A stretch of 64,000 bases of DNA, from contig JBBTSC010000001.1 of the NCBI GenBank assembly GCA_038064875.1, positions 635,004-699,003 of the forward strand, given 5' to 3'. Shown in pieces: positions 1 through 9,500 of the stretch. The first letter of the stretch is position 1; each line of letters opens with the position of its first letter. The position numbers and the translations under genes are program-made. Source of the stretch: Patescibacteria group bacterium (GTDB taxonomy: Bacteria; Patescibacteriota; Saccharimonadia; Saccharimonadales; 2-12-FULL-41-12). A model generated the notes under the pieces. It ran no database searches. It was not told the origin of the DNA and saw nothing but the letters and a program-made list of their open reading frames with translations.

Positions 1-1080
1 ATCCCTCCAGTTTTTATAGGCATCTTCTGCTTTTAGAGTCAGCTTTCGATCCAATTTCTTTATGGGGTGCCAGCTTAGGCCGGCTCTTTTTCCCATGATT
101 CTGGCATTTATTGCTGACGTCACGCCATAATGACCAGTGGCTTTTTGTAGCATACGATCAAATTTGTACGAGCCATACAGTCGGCTGTCTGTGCTATCAA
201 CAAATAGCCGACCGTCAGACTGGATTTCAGGCTTAACGCCAAATTCCTTCTCAAAACCTTCAATGATGCCCTTTTGAGTAGCTTCAAGATTAAGCTTGCC
301 TTTTGAATCGTATTTTTTATATTGATCAAATTCGCTTATCGCAAGTTTGTCGGGGTCAAAAAAGTAGCCCTCACGGTATCCAGACTTGGCTGTATATGCT
401 GTCTCTATTCCAGCAGCCTGCATTTTGGCGTCAATTTTGTTAGCGACATAATTTCCAAGAATACCCATTCTCAGATTTTCAACTCCGGAGCCCTTGTTTA
501 GATAGTAAATATATCGGGCTGTACGGACGGTGCTGATATCAACTTCGCGGTCTCTGGCAGAGAGGTGAAACAACTTTAAGTTTTCACCGATATGGATGAG
601 TTCAAGGGGCCCTTGTACAATTGACGCAACAAATATCAGAATTCCAATAGCTATCGTGCCACCCATGCCAACGCCAACTTTTTTGCGCCCAAATAGAAGA
701 CGGACAAACTTTATGATTCTAGCTTGTGGTGGCAACAAGTTATCCTCTGCATTAAATAGTTCGGCATTTGTAAGACCCATTGGATTTGGCCTTTCGTTGT
801 CATATACACCGTGGTTATAGAGACCTAGCCTCTTCTTTTCTCCAGCAATACCTAAATTTCCTCTTGGGACCCCGTCTCCTTCACCAGAGCCGTCAATGCT
901 ACGGAGTGGACTGTTGCCCATTTCTGCTTGCTCAAGTTCGTCGTGAGGGATTGCAGACGATAGGTTACCGGCTGGCTGGCCATCTCCTTGGCCTTCACCG
1001 TCTATACTGTAGAGTTCAGGGTTTATGACAGGCTCTTTGTCGTCCTGCTGGTAAATCGGATCTCTTAGCGGTCTTGCCAT
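1..1080 (-). CDS. T4SS-locus membrane protein, N-terminal 360 codons only (3' end lies beyond the window edge)
   Basis: Absent from the ORF track because there is no in-window stop. I read all 360 minus-strand codons from ATG (1080..1078) down to position 1 and found no stop. It begins MARPLRDPIYQQDDKEP, has an acidic/Gly-rich head and one TM (VGVGMGGTIAIGILIFVASIV). It starts 14 nt after the VirB4-like stop on the same strand. Confidence 0.6.
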   Translation of the reverse strand, partial: MARPLRDPIYQQDDKEPVINPELYSIDGEGQGDGQPAGNLSSAIPHDELEQAEMGNSPLRSIDGSGEGDGVPRGNLGIAGEKKRLGLYNHGVYDNERPNPMGLTNAELFNAEDNLLPPQARIIKFVRLLFGRKKVGVGMGGTIAIGILIFVASIVQGPLELIHIGENLKLFHLSARDREVDISTVRTARYIYYLNKGSGVENLRMGILGNYVANKIDAKMQAAGIETAYTAKSGYREGYFFDPDKLAISEFDQYKKYDSKGKLNLEATQKGIIEGFEKEFGVKPEIQSDGRLFVDSTDSRLYGSYKFDRMLQKATGHYGVTSAINARIMGKRAGLSWHPIKKLDRKLTLKAEDAYKNWRD

Positions 1081-1094
1081 AGACTATCTCTCAT

Positions 1095-3020
1095 CTACAT
1101 TCCTGGGTGTAAGCGATTTGATACATCTATTGTACCCGATCCGCCTAGGATTTCACCAGCTTGCTCAATCTGTTTAATTTGCTCAGGATTGGTCGTAATC
1201 AGACTAGTTTCTGTAGCACTGGCAGCAATCTGAATATGGATGTGGTTCTGCCCAGCAAAGAAAAGTCCTTGACCAACAGGGAACTGACTAAGGCGTTTTT
1301 TCTCCTCACTCGTTAATTTAAATACCTGACTCAGGACATCCACAGCAGAAGTCGATTGTTTTAGCAGAATCTGCATGCTTGAGTTCGCGACAATTGCTCG
1401 GCCAAGACGACTGCCCATAAAGTCCTCAACATCTTGGGTGATCGTAGTTATACCAAGGTTGTACTTACGGGCACGTTTAGCCAGACTAAATAAGAAATTC
1501 GCGCTATCTTCGTATTTCATCAATTGCCATGCTTCGTCAACAACAAGTATTCGTTTTTTCTGATCAGCTTTGGTTTTGTTCCAGATGTAGTTAAGCACAA
1601 TATACATAGCCACAGGACGGAGTTCATCTTCCAGATCACGGATGTTAAAGACCACCATCGGATTATTTACATCAACGTTACTTGGTTGCGAAAAGATCCC
1701 AGCAAATGTACCAGTAGTATATTTGCGAAGTCTTTGCGCCAAGTTCGGCCCGGATCCACCCATATGCAAGAGAGTTTCATACAAATCACCAATGGTTGGA
1801 GGTATAGACCCGTGGGTCAAAGGGTCATTCGTGATTCCGGCCTTGGCATAGGTCTCAATCAATGCGGCGTCCAGATCAGCTTCTTCTTCTGGGCTCATCG
1901 CAGGATTCACAGTTGCATTTCCCGTATTGGACATTTGTGCAACGGCACCTCCCATCATCAGACGAAGTAGTCCGTGTAGGGTTATCAAGTTGCTTCTCAG
2001 GGCGTCCTCAGCATCTTCAGTATCAATAACTTTTGGCAGATCAAATGGGTTGATCCGAGTAGGTGAATTTAGGCTTAGCTTTATATAGGCGCCACCGACC
2101 GCTTCACACATCCTTTGATATTCATTTTCAGGGTCAATGATAAATACGTCGGTTCCCATCATCATGCTTCTAAGTGCCTCGAGTTTGACCGTAAAACTTT
2201 TACCAGCACCAGACTTAGCGAAGACCACAGCATTGCCGTTCTCCAGGGTAAATCGATCAAATATCACAAGTCCTGAGTTATGCATATTGATTCCATATAA
2301 AATACCGTTGTCCTGCGACAGCTCTGCGCTTGTGAACGGAAAACTAGTGCTAACAGCGCCGGTATTCATGTTGCGCCGAATTTGTAGCTGGTCATAAAAC
2401 TGCGGAACAGTACTGTTAAATCCTTGTTCTTGTTGCGAGCTTGCTGGCTTTGAATAGACCAATTGCTGGCCTAGAAGAGACTCAATTTTATGAGCCACGA
2501 ATTCCAGTTCATCCATCGACGAACCATAGATTGTGAAATAAAAGCCAAACCGGAAAAATCGTTCCTCACCTACCTGTAGCTTGTCTCGCATTTCTTCAGC
2601 ATCTAAGATAGCGGATTGCTTTGCCGGGTCGCGTACACGTCCCTTTTCGCTATCAAGCATGATCCCAGCTTCAAGTTGTGCGACTTTTTTTCGAAGATTG
2701 TCCAGCACAACCTGGCTTTCAACAGGATAAACGTAAATAGATAGATCAATAATTTCGTCGATGTTAACCATACTGCTTAACCATCCTGTTGCCAGTTGGC
2801 GAGGATAGCCATATACGTAGTAGGTTCTAGCATACTGAGTGCCCAGCTGGAAGTGTGTTCCAGAATATTCAATAGAACTTGGGGCGATAAAATCACGAAG
2901 CGCTGTAATCCCTTTGTTGAAAGCTGCTTCAACTTCTCTTTCCTCACGTGCTCTCTGAGCCTGGGCAATAGCTACCGGATCAGCCATCGGCTTCTTTTTG
3001 CCACCACCAAAAACAGCCAC
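1095..3020 (-). CDS. virB4: VirB4/TraE/ConE-type type IV secretion ATPase (C-terminal two thirds of a Gram-positive-type VirB4)
   Basis: Walker A VFAKSGAGKSFT and Walker B RILVVDEAWQLM. The N-terminal pattern DFIAPSSIEY...GYPRQLATGWLSSMVNIDEIIDLSIYVYP is typical of Gram-positive VirB4 proteins. The GTG start overlaps the upstream stop (TAGTG), with AAGGAG 8 nt upstream. Confidence 0.9.
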   Translation of the reverse strand: MAVFGGGKKKPMADPVAIAQAQRAREEREVEAAFNKGITALRDFIAPSSIEYSGTHFQLGTQYARTYYVYGYPRQLATGWLSSMVNIDEIIDLSIYVYPVESQVVLDNLRKKVAQLEAGIMLDSEKGRVRDPAKQSAILDAEEMRDKLQVGEERFFRFGFYFTIYGSSMDELEFVAHKIESLLGQQLVYSKPASSQQEQGFNSTVPQFYDQLQIRRNMNTGAVSTSFPFTSAELSQDNGILYGINMHNSGLVIFDRFTLENGNAVVFAKSGAGKSFTVKLEALRSMMMGTDVFIIDPENEYQRMCEAVGGAYIKLSLNSPTRINPFDLPKVIDTEDAEDALRSNLITLHGLLRLMMGGAVAQMSNTGNATVNPAMSPEEEADLDAALIETYAKAGITNDPLTHGSIPPTIGDLYETLLHMGGSGPNLAQRLRKYTTGTFAGIFSQPSNVDVNNPMVVFNIRDLEDELRPVAMYIVLNYIWNKTKADQKKRILVVDEAWQLMKYEDSANFLFSLAKRARKYNLGITTITQDVEDFMGSRLGRAIVANSSMQILLKQSTSAVDVLSQVFKLTSEEKKRLSQFPVGQGLFFAGQNHIHIQIAASATETSLITTNPEQIKQIEQAGEILGGSGTIDVSNRLHPGM

Positions 3021-3997
3021 TACTTCATCTCCTTATCAAGATTAGGTTGAGGTGCTTGCCCTTCACCTTTTGTCACAACAGGAGCCTGTAGATTATTAAA
3101 ATCTTTTAACTGTTGGCGGGTAGCAGTATCTGGGTTGTAAGCATCGTAGTACAGTTCAATTAGTTCCTGAGTATCGAGTGGCAATCCTTGCACGCCACAT
3201 TGCATCAATCCTGATAGAGTAGCTTGCACACGATTTCGAAGTTCGGCTTTTGCCTCTTCAAGATCCGATTCTGTGATCACAACGTGTGTAGATGGCTTAC
3301 TGAAGACATTGAAGATACCATCAAGCAAGTTCTTGCTAGAAGTAAGTGGCTTTTGTTTCTGACTCTCAGTTAGTGGGAAAAACGGGATAACAATGTAAAA
3401 ATGTTTGTCCATGATGTTTGTTTCAGCTGCCAGTGAATCGATATAGCCAATGTAGTCTTCCATCAGCATAGCCAGTAGCATATTGTCATGTTCTGAGCGG
3501 ATTTTATCCAGTTTCTCCAGATATGGACGAATATCAACTTTTTGAGAACGGACAAAGATCTGGATAGGATAATACAGTGAATTCAAGAAACCCTGAAAGC
3601 TAAATTCTACACCTTCACGCTCTTGAGGACTCATCAGATCAAAGTTGATAGACTTGACCATTACCACAGATCGAAATGAGCCGTCATTCATGATAACGAT
3701 ACCATCGCGGATTTCAGCAATATGAAGTGTGTTCTGAGTACTGTTTGGGTTAATAACAGGCTTATTAGCATTCGGATTTTGAATAGGCGCATTTGGATTC
3801 CCCGGGATTACGGCTCCAGGGTTTAGGTCAGAAGTGAATGTTCCTCGATTTACTGCTTGTGTTGGTTGGGATTTCGCACCTGATTGCGTCATAATCGGAT
3901 CCACAAAAACAGCACCTTTCTGCCCAGTGGTTTGTCCTGCTGGATTGGAATTTTGTGGCTGATTCTGTGACTCTGGTTTCATGTTTGTTGTTTCCAC
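3020..3997 (-). CDS. T4SS protein: N/Q/P-rich disordered head plus a VirB4 N-terminal-domain-like module (putative detached N-domain of VirB4)
   Basis: The first ~95 aa are low complexity (QNQPQNSNPAGQTTGQ...NPNAPIQNPNANKPVINPN). They are followed by IAEIRDGIVIMNDGSFRSVVMVKSINFDLMSPQEREGVEFSFQGFLNSLYYPIQIFVRSQKVD. This matches my recollection of the extreme N-terminus of ConE/Tn916-Orf16-type VirB4. The gene is translationally coupled to the ATPase gene. Confidence 0.6.
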   Translation of the reverse strand: METTNMKPESQNQPQNSNPAGQTTGQKGAVFVDPIMTQSGAKSQPTQAVNRGTFTSDLNPGAVIPGNPNAPIQNPNANKPVINPNSTQNTLHIAEIRDGIVIMNDGSFRSVVMVKSINFDLMSPQEREGVEFSFQGFLNSLYYPIQIFVRSQKVDIRPYLEKLDKIRSEHDNMLLAMLMEDYIGYIDSLAAETNIMDKHFYIVIPFFPLTESQKQKPLTSSKNLLDGIFNVFSKPSTHVVITESDLEEAKAELRNRVQATLSGLMQCGVQGLPLDTQELIELYYDAYNPDTATRQQLKDFNNLQAPVVTKGEGQAPQPNLDKEMK

Positions 3998-4006
3998 CCT
4001 TGTTAT

Positions 4007-4999
4007 TTATCTTAACGAAATAACAACTTCTCCGTCATCAAGACCAGATTTTTTATTAGCTTGTCTGGCGATCGTAGCGACATCAAGGTCGTCATTATTG
4101 ACTAAGCTCATTATAGCAGGATCATCTGTCGACGTCGAAGATCCTGGCTCAGGCAATGTTGTTGAACTGGCAGAAGATGAGCTACCTGTTTTTCGGTCAT
4201 GCAGATGTGGTTTGCCGAGTTCGGTTTTCTCACGTAATTTTTGTGTCAAAAGTTGCTCATCGATATTAGAGGCAGTGTTATTTGAATTGACCGGAAAGCT
4301 AAATGCAGGCTTCTGTGGAGTGAAATTTGGTGGAGGAGTTTGGTTAACTTCTTCGAGTGACTCACCAGAACGAAGTCGATCTAGTTTGTCTATACTACGT
4401 TGATGTAGAGCATCGGTGCTTGCTTGCAAACCTTGGCTTATTGTCTCTTGTCGCACTTCGTACATATCGACAATTTGATCGCTAAGTTCTGATACAGGCT
4501 CAGGTATAACAGGGGTGACCAGTCGATCACTCACAAAATTATCCGTTTGCATTTGGGCTTCAGCTAGACTAGCATGCTTGACTGCCCAGCCACGACTATC
4601 AATAGTTTCTGCTAATGCCTTTAGCCTACTACTAACCTCACCCTGGCTTAAGTTGTTTGTCAGAACTTTCTCAATTTTCTTTGGCGCAGTTACTTTGACT
4701 AATTCTTGAACGCCACTTTGGTCCCAAATACGCTTTTTAGTCATAAAGTAAAACCGTATTTTTGCTAATACCCATATTTCTGTTGGCTGATCTTTGCTCC
4801 AAGGTATTGCTAGAAAGGCACCAACGAGCATTGGTGGAACAAATAAGATTAAAGCCCAAGAAAACCCTTTAACAATTGCAAAAAAACTAAGATACCCAAA
4901 AAAGGCAGCCCCAGTCCCAAATATGAACTGTTTTAGCGTCAGCGGACCGATGAACTTGTCTTCAGCCTCGATATCTTGGATAACCTTATAAGTAGCCAT
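4007..4999 (-). CDS. PrgI/VirB3-like two-TM T4SS membrane protein with a long C-terminal extension
   Basis: The N-terminus YKVIQDIEAEDKFIGPLTLKQFIFGTGAAFFGYLSFF, a second TM and WVLAKIRFYFMTKKRIW follow the PrgI-family layout (charged head, GLTxRQ-like motif, TM hairpin, basic tail). It sits directly upstream of the VirB4 genes (9-nt gap). Confidence 0.7.
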   Translation of the reverse strand: MATYKVIQDIEAEDKFIGPLTLKQFIFGTGAAFFGYLSFFAIVKGFSWALILFVPPMLVGAFLAIPWSKDQPTEIWVLAKIRFYFMTKKRIWDQSGVQELVKVTAPKKIEKVLTNNLSQGEVSSRLKALAETIDSRGWAVKHASLAEAQMQTDNFVSDRLVTPVIPEPVSELSDQIVDMYEVRQETISQGLQASTDALHQRSIDKLDRLRSGESLEEVNQTPPPNFTPQKPAFSFPVNSNNTASNIDEQLLTQKLREKTELGKPHLHDRKTGSSSSASSTTLPEPGSSTSTDDPAIMSLVNNDDLDVATIARQANKKSGLDDGEVVISLR

Positions 5000-5068
5000 A
5001 GGATCATTTTACCATAAGGGTTGTTCCAGGGGCGCAGGAAAAAGCAAATCATCATTGCAGACATAACA

Positions 5069-5097
5069 TTGACAAAAATCAAAATCTATGCTAGAAT
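5069..5097 (+). promoter_or_regulatory. Sigma-70-type promoter for the 5153 gene
   Basis: TTGACA (5069..5074), a 17-nt spacer and TAGAAT (5092..5097), about 55 nt upstream of the ATG at 5153. Confidence 0.5.
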
Positions 5098-5152
5098 TTA
5101 CTATAGTCAAACAAAAAATAAACACCAATTAATATTTGAAAGAATTAAGGCC

Positions 5153-6556
5153 ATGCCACCAAAAGCTCAACAAGCAAACGCCCAACAATCACGTGAAGCC
5201 GGTATGAAAGAACAACTTAAAACGGTTCTTTTTAACGCAGGGCATGAAATGGCAGTTGCTGCAAACGAGGCGCATGACCAACAGATGACTTTTGACGCAC
5301 TAAAGCCCATAGTAAAACAAGGCGCACGTATTGCCATACAAAACGCTGGAGTTCTGGCTAGCGAGAAGTTTGATGAGTATGTAGAAAAAGCCGGCGAACA
5401 CTTTGGGAAAGCTGAGGAATTTGGATTTCCAAAAAGAGATGAAGAACTCCCCAAGGGCTACAAGGCGATCAAGCCATCAGAGAAAGATCCCAACCCAAAT
5501 CTTGATGACACTACTACCCTGGCAGAGCGCATGAACACCCCAGAATTTGTGAAGTGGTTTGAAGACACTCAGCAGTCGATGACTGACTATGTCAACGAAA
5601 CATTTGGTGGAATATTACTTAAAGAAAAAGTAGTAGTTGATGTGCCAGTCGATGGCAAGATGACCAAAGAAGAGAGAGAGGTTGATAAACTTGTCTTGGC
5701 GATTCCGGAAGACTTTGGGCTGGTTACTTACCGTGAAGAAGCAGGAGAAGACGGCGATGGTGAACCTATCTATGAAGATAAATGTGCAGTCGTACTCATT
5801 TCTGATCATGGCATAAACCTGTACAAGCAAGGGTACGGTATTGACCTAAAAGACCCTGCTACCAATATTAACAAAAATTCGTCAAAACCTAAGTCTAAAT
5901 TTGCTAAAAAACTAGCCGAAATTATGCCAGAGAAACCAGCCCCGCCGTATAACCCTACCCTACTCGACCTAAAAGACCCTGCGCAGGAACAGATAGATTT
6001 ACAAAAAGCCAAAGCTAACAGAAAGCCCTGGGAAGGCCCAGTTGACCCGGATGCATTCCACGAAAAGGCAGTCAAAAAAGCGAAAGGTCGTGAAAAACAA
6101 TCATGGGATGATCTTATGGAAATGAAAAAAGACCCACGGTTCATGATGGAGATGACTGATAGCTCAGGAAATGTCACACAAAAACTTGATGCTAGGAGTG
6201 GTCTCTCAAGTGCCTTGGCAGAACAACTAGCTAAGACCAACCCAAGGATAAAAGAAGATCTCTGGGTGACAGGAGACGATCCACAAGAAACAAGATCTAC
6301 TCTAGCCAAAGTCAATAAAGGCAACGCGCTGATGTTCGGAAATCATGCCAATTATGATCTGATTCACGGAAATTTTCGTTTTCGTCCAGTAGTTGTCTGG
6401 GATGATCCAGAAAATCCGAGGACTAAATCAGATGAGCCTACCATTGAGACTGAACGTATTTATGCAAAAGACTTGACCCACTTAGTTGATGGTGTGCCAG
6501 TAGAACTTAGAAAATCTACTTGGGAAGAGCCATCTGAACAAGACGAAGAAGACTAA
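5153..6556 (+). CDS. Orphan highly charged soluble protein embedded in the T4SS locus
   Basis: I prefer ATG 5153 (AAGG 5 nt upstream, downstream of the promoter) over the track TTG start at 5021. The 467-aa product is K/E/D/P-rich with no TM or signal peptide. I recognise no catalytic motif. The C-terminus is acidic (EEPSEQDEED). Confidence 0.7.
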   Translation: MPPKAQQANAQQSREAGMKEQLKTVLFNAGHEMAVAANEAHDQQMTFDALKPIVKQGARIAIQNAGVLASEKFDEYVEKAGEHFGKAEEFGFPKRDEELPKGYKAIKPSEKDPNPNLDDTTTLAERMNTPEFVKWFEDTQQSMTDYVNETFGGILLKEKVVVDVPVDGKMTKEEREVDKLVLAIPEDFGLVTYREEAGEDGDGEPIYEDKCAVVLISDHGINLYKQGYGIDLKDPATNINKNSSKPKSKFAKKLAEIMPEKPAPPYNPTLLDLKDPAQEQIDLQKAKANRKPWEGPVDPDAFHEKAVKKAKGREKQSWDDLMEMKKDPRFMMEMTDSSGNVTQKLDARSGLSSALAEQLAKTNPRIKEDLWVTGDDPQETRSTLAKVNKGNALMFGNHANYDLIHGNFRFRPVVVWDDPENPRTKSDEPTIETERIYAKDLTHLVDGVPVELRKSTWEEPSEQDEED

Positions 6557-6577
6557 GATAACTATATAAAATAGCGA

Positions 6578-9448
6578 CTATTTCTGTTCTTCAGGCGGAG
6601 GTGTTGGTGGTTTAACGGCGTTAGGGTCGAGTCCTTGGCGTATCATTGCTTGTTTTTCGGCATCGCTCATATTGCTACGACCATATTCACGTCGGTACTG
6701 CCTGAAGACAGGATCGTCACGCTGTTTTTCAATAAATTCATTAAAGCTTATTGCTCCACCACCTTCACCGCCCGGTACTTGAACGCCAAGAACACGAGTA
6801 CCAAAGATCTTGCCGTTCTTAGATGAGGCTCCACCCATGGCGTCGTAAAGTCCTGCCACTCCAGCAGTTCTTTGCTTGAAGTATTCTTCTGCAGTGAGCT
6901 TGAGCCCAGTTTTGCCATCCGTAAATGATTTGCCAGCTTGGTAATCTGCAAAGGCATTTTGGACTTCGGCAGACATAACTTTTGCAATATTCTCAGTTGC
7001 CTCACTCTTACCATTTGCAAGGGTATATGCAGGCTGTCCTTCAATTGCCCCGGCGATAAGCTCGGTGTTGGCACTATTAAGTGCTGCTTGCTTGCTGGCC
7101 TCAGTTGCGTTCGGGTCGTTGTAGGCTTTGACTAAATTGTTAAATACGCCAGCGTGGGTGCCAAAGCTGGCTCCACTGATGTCATATCTTTTGGCTCGCT
7201 CGGCATTGGCTCGACCACTGGCGATCAGGTTAAAGGCTTTAAGTGAATCCTGTCCGCCATTTGTAGCTTCGATAATTGCTTGGTGCATCTCACCAGGACC
7301 TTTGCCAAACCCAGTACCAGAGCCGGCGATCTCGTTAATAGCCAGGCTTTCGACAACGTCCGCTGAGGCGTTAGACATAAGTCGAGAGCCTGCCATTGCT
7401 GTACGTTCAGCTTGTTCCTGACTGTAACCCTTTTCATTTCTAAGGAAATCAACCATAGCTGTTCGTTTCTCTGTGGCTGAGCCTTTAGTCTTCATACCTT
7501 TAAGCACTGCATAGTAAGCGTCATCGTTACCGTGAAGAATTTGTGCGTCATAACCGTCTTTGCCCAGTTCGGCTTGTCGACGAAGGTCATGCCCTTCTTT
7601 AACCACTCCAGCATTAAGCCTATAGCCTCCTCTAAATCCTGAGCCATCTTTTTTCAGTCCGGCGGCAACTCCACCAAAGAATTGGTTGCCAGTCATACCT
7701 CTGTTGATACGCCTGTCTCTAGCTTGGTTACGAGCTTTACCGAGGAAGTTATTAGGGTCTTGGCGAGCCTTGCCAATAGCGTCGCGAGCTCTGCCAGACA
7801 AACCTTGAGCTCTATCATTGGCAAGCTTGGCAACTGCGCCGATCGCTCCACCGGCAAATTTGAACGCAAATGGTATCAAAAATAGTGGCAAGTACACAGC
7901 AACCACACCTACCAATATCGCTGCCAGTCCAGCCGTATCATTGAGCGATTCGCTATTGGCTAGAAATATTGCTGCCATAATATCTGACATAGCGAAGATA
8001 ACTGCAATAATAGGATATACAAACAGAGTTTTTGTAAAAAGATTCCACCAAGATTTAAAGTACTTCTCGGTGCCTGGCAGTATGAAACAGGCGATAGCAA
8101 TAGGCGATACAACCGTCAGAAATATAATCAATCCATATCTAATAACCAGGGTCGCCAGAACAGCAATACTGACGAGTACCAGAGATATCATCAGAGGGCC
8201 AAGTAAGCCGAGTGTTGTAACAGCCGTATTGGCAAAACCTTGAACGGCGATAACTTTACCAAGTATCCCCGCACCAATACCACCAGCAGCCACCCCGACA
8301 ACACTCTCTGTGTTAATAGGTAATTTGGGATCATTAAAGGTCCCAGCCGATATAAAAGGGTCTTTTAGGAGTTGGTTGATGCCGGTTCCCACGACCGTCG
8401 TTACATCTATAGCTACGAGACACAAATATATAGACAAGTTGATGCCAATCACTCCGACTAATATCCTCGGCGCCACCTTCTTGGCGGTGTAGGCGTCAAC
8501 TGCATTGAAGCCCCACCCTTCAGTTAGCTGCGATAGTACAAGAATCAACATAATACCAATAAGCAAAATATTGCCAATAGTACGGAATCTCTGCCACGCT
8601 TCGTAAGACGGGTTGCCACCTTCTGCTTGTATCGGAGAGCCCTGCATCAATGGTTTAACTAGGTCCTTAAAAGCAAAGTCAGTAAACTTTGCGCCGATAT
8701 CTATCAGTGGACACAAAATCCAAGACAATGGGTTAACAGAAACTTCACAAGAAGCTTCGGTTTCGCTACTACCGCCACTGCCTGATCCACCTCCCCCACT
8801 GGCTACGACAGCTGGATCGTTGACGGGTTTATCACTTTGCACAGGTTTGCCATCAGCATTAATAACTATTAGTCGCGCATTTCCTACACGATCAATTTGC
8901 TTCTTACAATTTGCTAATGCAGTAGGTTTGATCCCCCAGTAATCACCCGGGAGAGTTTGAAACATACTAGAATCACATCCCAGTGCATCATTGAGTTGGT
9001 TCTGCTTTTCTTTACATTTGTCTTCATTAGGAGAACCGTCTTTGAATTTCTTGCAGTCGTTGCTAGATAACACGCCATGCTGTGCCAGGGCTCTGTTGTA
9101 GCAATCTTTATATTCACCTTGCTTGGTGTACCATTTTTTGTCACCGACACTGGAGTCTTCTGGGTCAGTTCCAATAAATTTTTGATAAAATAATTTGTCA
9201 CTACAGCCCAGCTTGTCCTTAAGTAAGTCTTGCCAATCTTGACAGGTGAATTTGTTTTCGGCACCGACGTCAAATCGATGATCGAGATTATTCAGATCAT
9301 GACAATGCTCTGCAACAAGCAAAAGTATATTGTTCTGCTCGTCCGCATAGACAGGTTTTGGCGATGAGATAAAAGAGGGCGCCAAGTTAAGCACTACAAG
9401 CAGAGTAGACAATGAGCCAAAAATAGCCAATTTCTTGAAAGAAACCAT
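6578..9448 (-). CDS. Giant VirB6/TrbL-like polytopic membrane protein with a Cys-rich ectodomain and a large C-terminal soluble domain
   Basis: Signal peptide (LAIFGSLSTLLVVLNLAPSFISSPKPVYA), then a ~200-aa Cys-rich region and a Gly/Ser linker (ASGGGGSGSGGSS). About 300 aa of successive TM helices follow, then a ~400-aa G/A/K-rich soluble tail. The position and topology fit the VirB6 role. Confidence 0.65.
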   Translation of the reverse strand: MVSFKKLAIFGSLSTLLVVLNLAPSFISSPKPVYADEQNNILLLVAEHCHDLNNLDHRFDVGAENKFTCQDWQDLLKDKLGCSDKLFYQKFIGTDPEDSSVGDKKWYTKQGEYKDCYNRALAQHGVLSSNDCKKFKDGSPNEDKCKEKQNQLNDALGCDSSMFQTLPGDYWGIKPTALANCKKQIDRVGNARLIVINADGKPVQSDKPVNDPAVVASGGGGSGSGGSSETEASCEVSVNPLSWILCPLIDIGAKFTDFAFKDLVKPLMQGSPIQAEGGNPSYEAWQRFRTIGNILLIGIMLILVLSQLTEGWGFNAVDAYTAKKVAPRILVGVIGINLSIYLCLVAIDVTTVVGTGINQLLKDPFISAGTFNDPKLPINTESVVGVAAGGIGAGILGKVIAVQGFANTAVTTLGLLGPLMISLVLVSIAVLATLVIRYGLIIFLTVVSPIAIACFILPGTEKYFKSWWNLFTKTLFVYPIIAVIFAMSDIMAAIFLANSESLNDTAGLAAILVGVVAVYLPLFLIPFAFKFAGGAIGAVAKLANDRAQGLSGRARDAIGKARQDPNNFLGKARNQARDRRINRGMTGNQFFGGVAAGLKKDGSGFRGGYRLNAGVVKEGHDLRRQAELGKDGYDAQILHGNDDAYYAVLKGMKTKGSATEKRTAMVDFLRNEKGYSQEQAERTAMAGSRLMSNASADVVESLAINEIAGSGTGFGKGPGEMHQAIIEATNGGQDSLKAFNLIASGRANAERAKRYDISGASFGTHAGVFNNLVKAYNDPNATEASKQAALNSANTELIAGAIEGQPAYTLANGKSEATENIAKVMSAEVQNAFADYQAGKSFTDGKTGLKLTAEEYFKQRTAGVAGLYDAMGGASSKNGKIFGTRVLGVQVPGGEGGGAISFNEFIEKQRDDPVFRQYRREYGRSNMSDAEKQAMIRQGLDPNAVKPPTPPPEEQK

Positions 9449-9500
9449 AACAATAATGTATCACTTTTTTTCTTCTAGCACCAAAGTGCCTTATCCGAGT

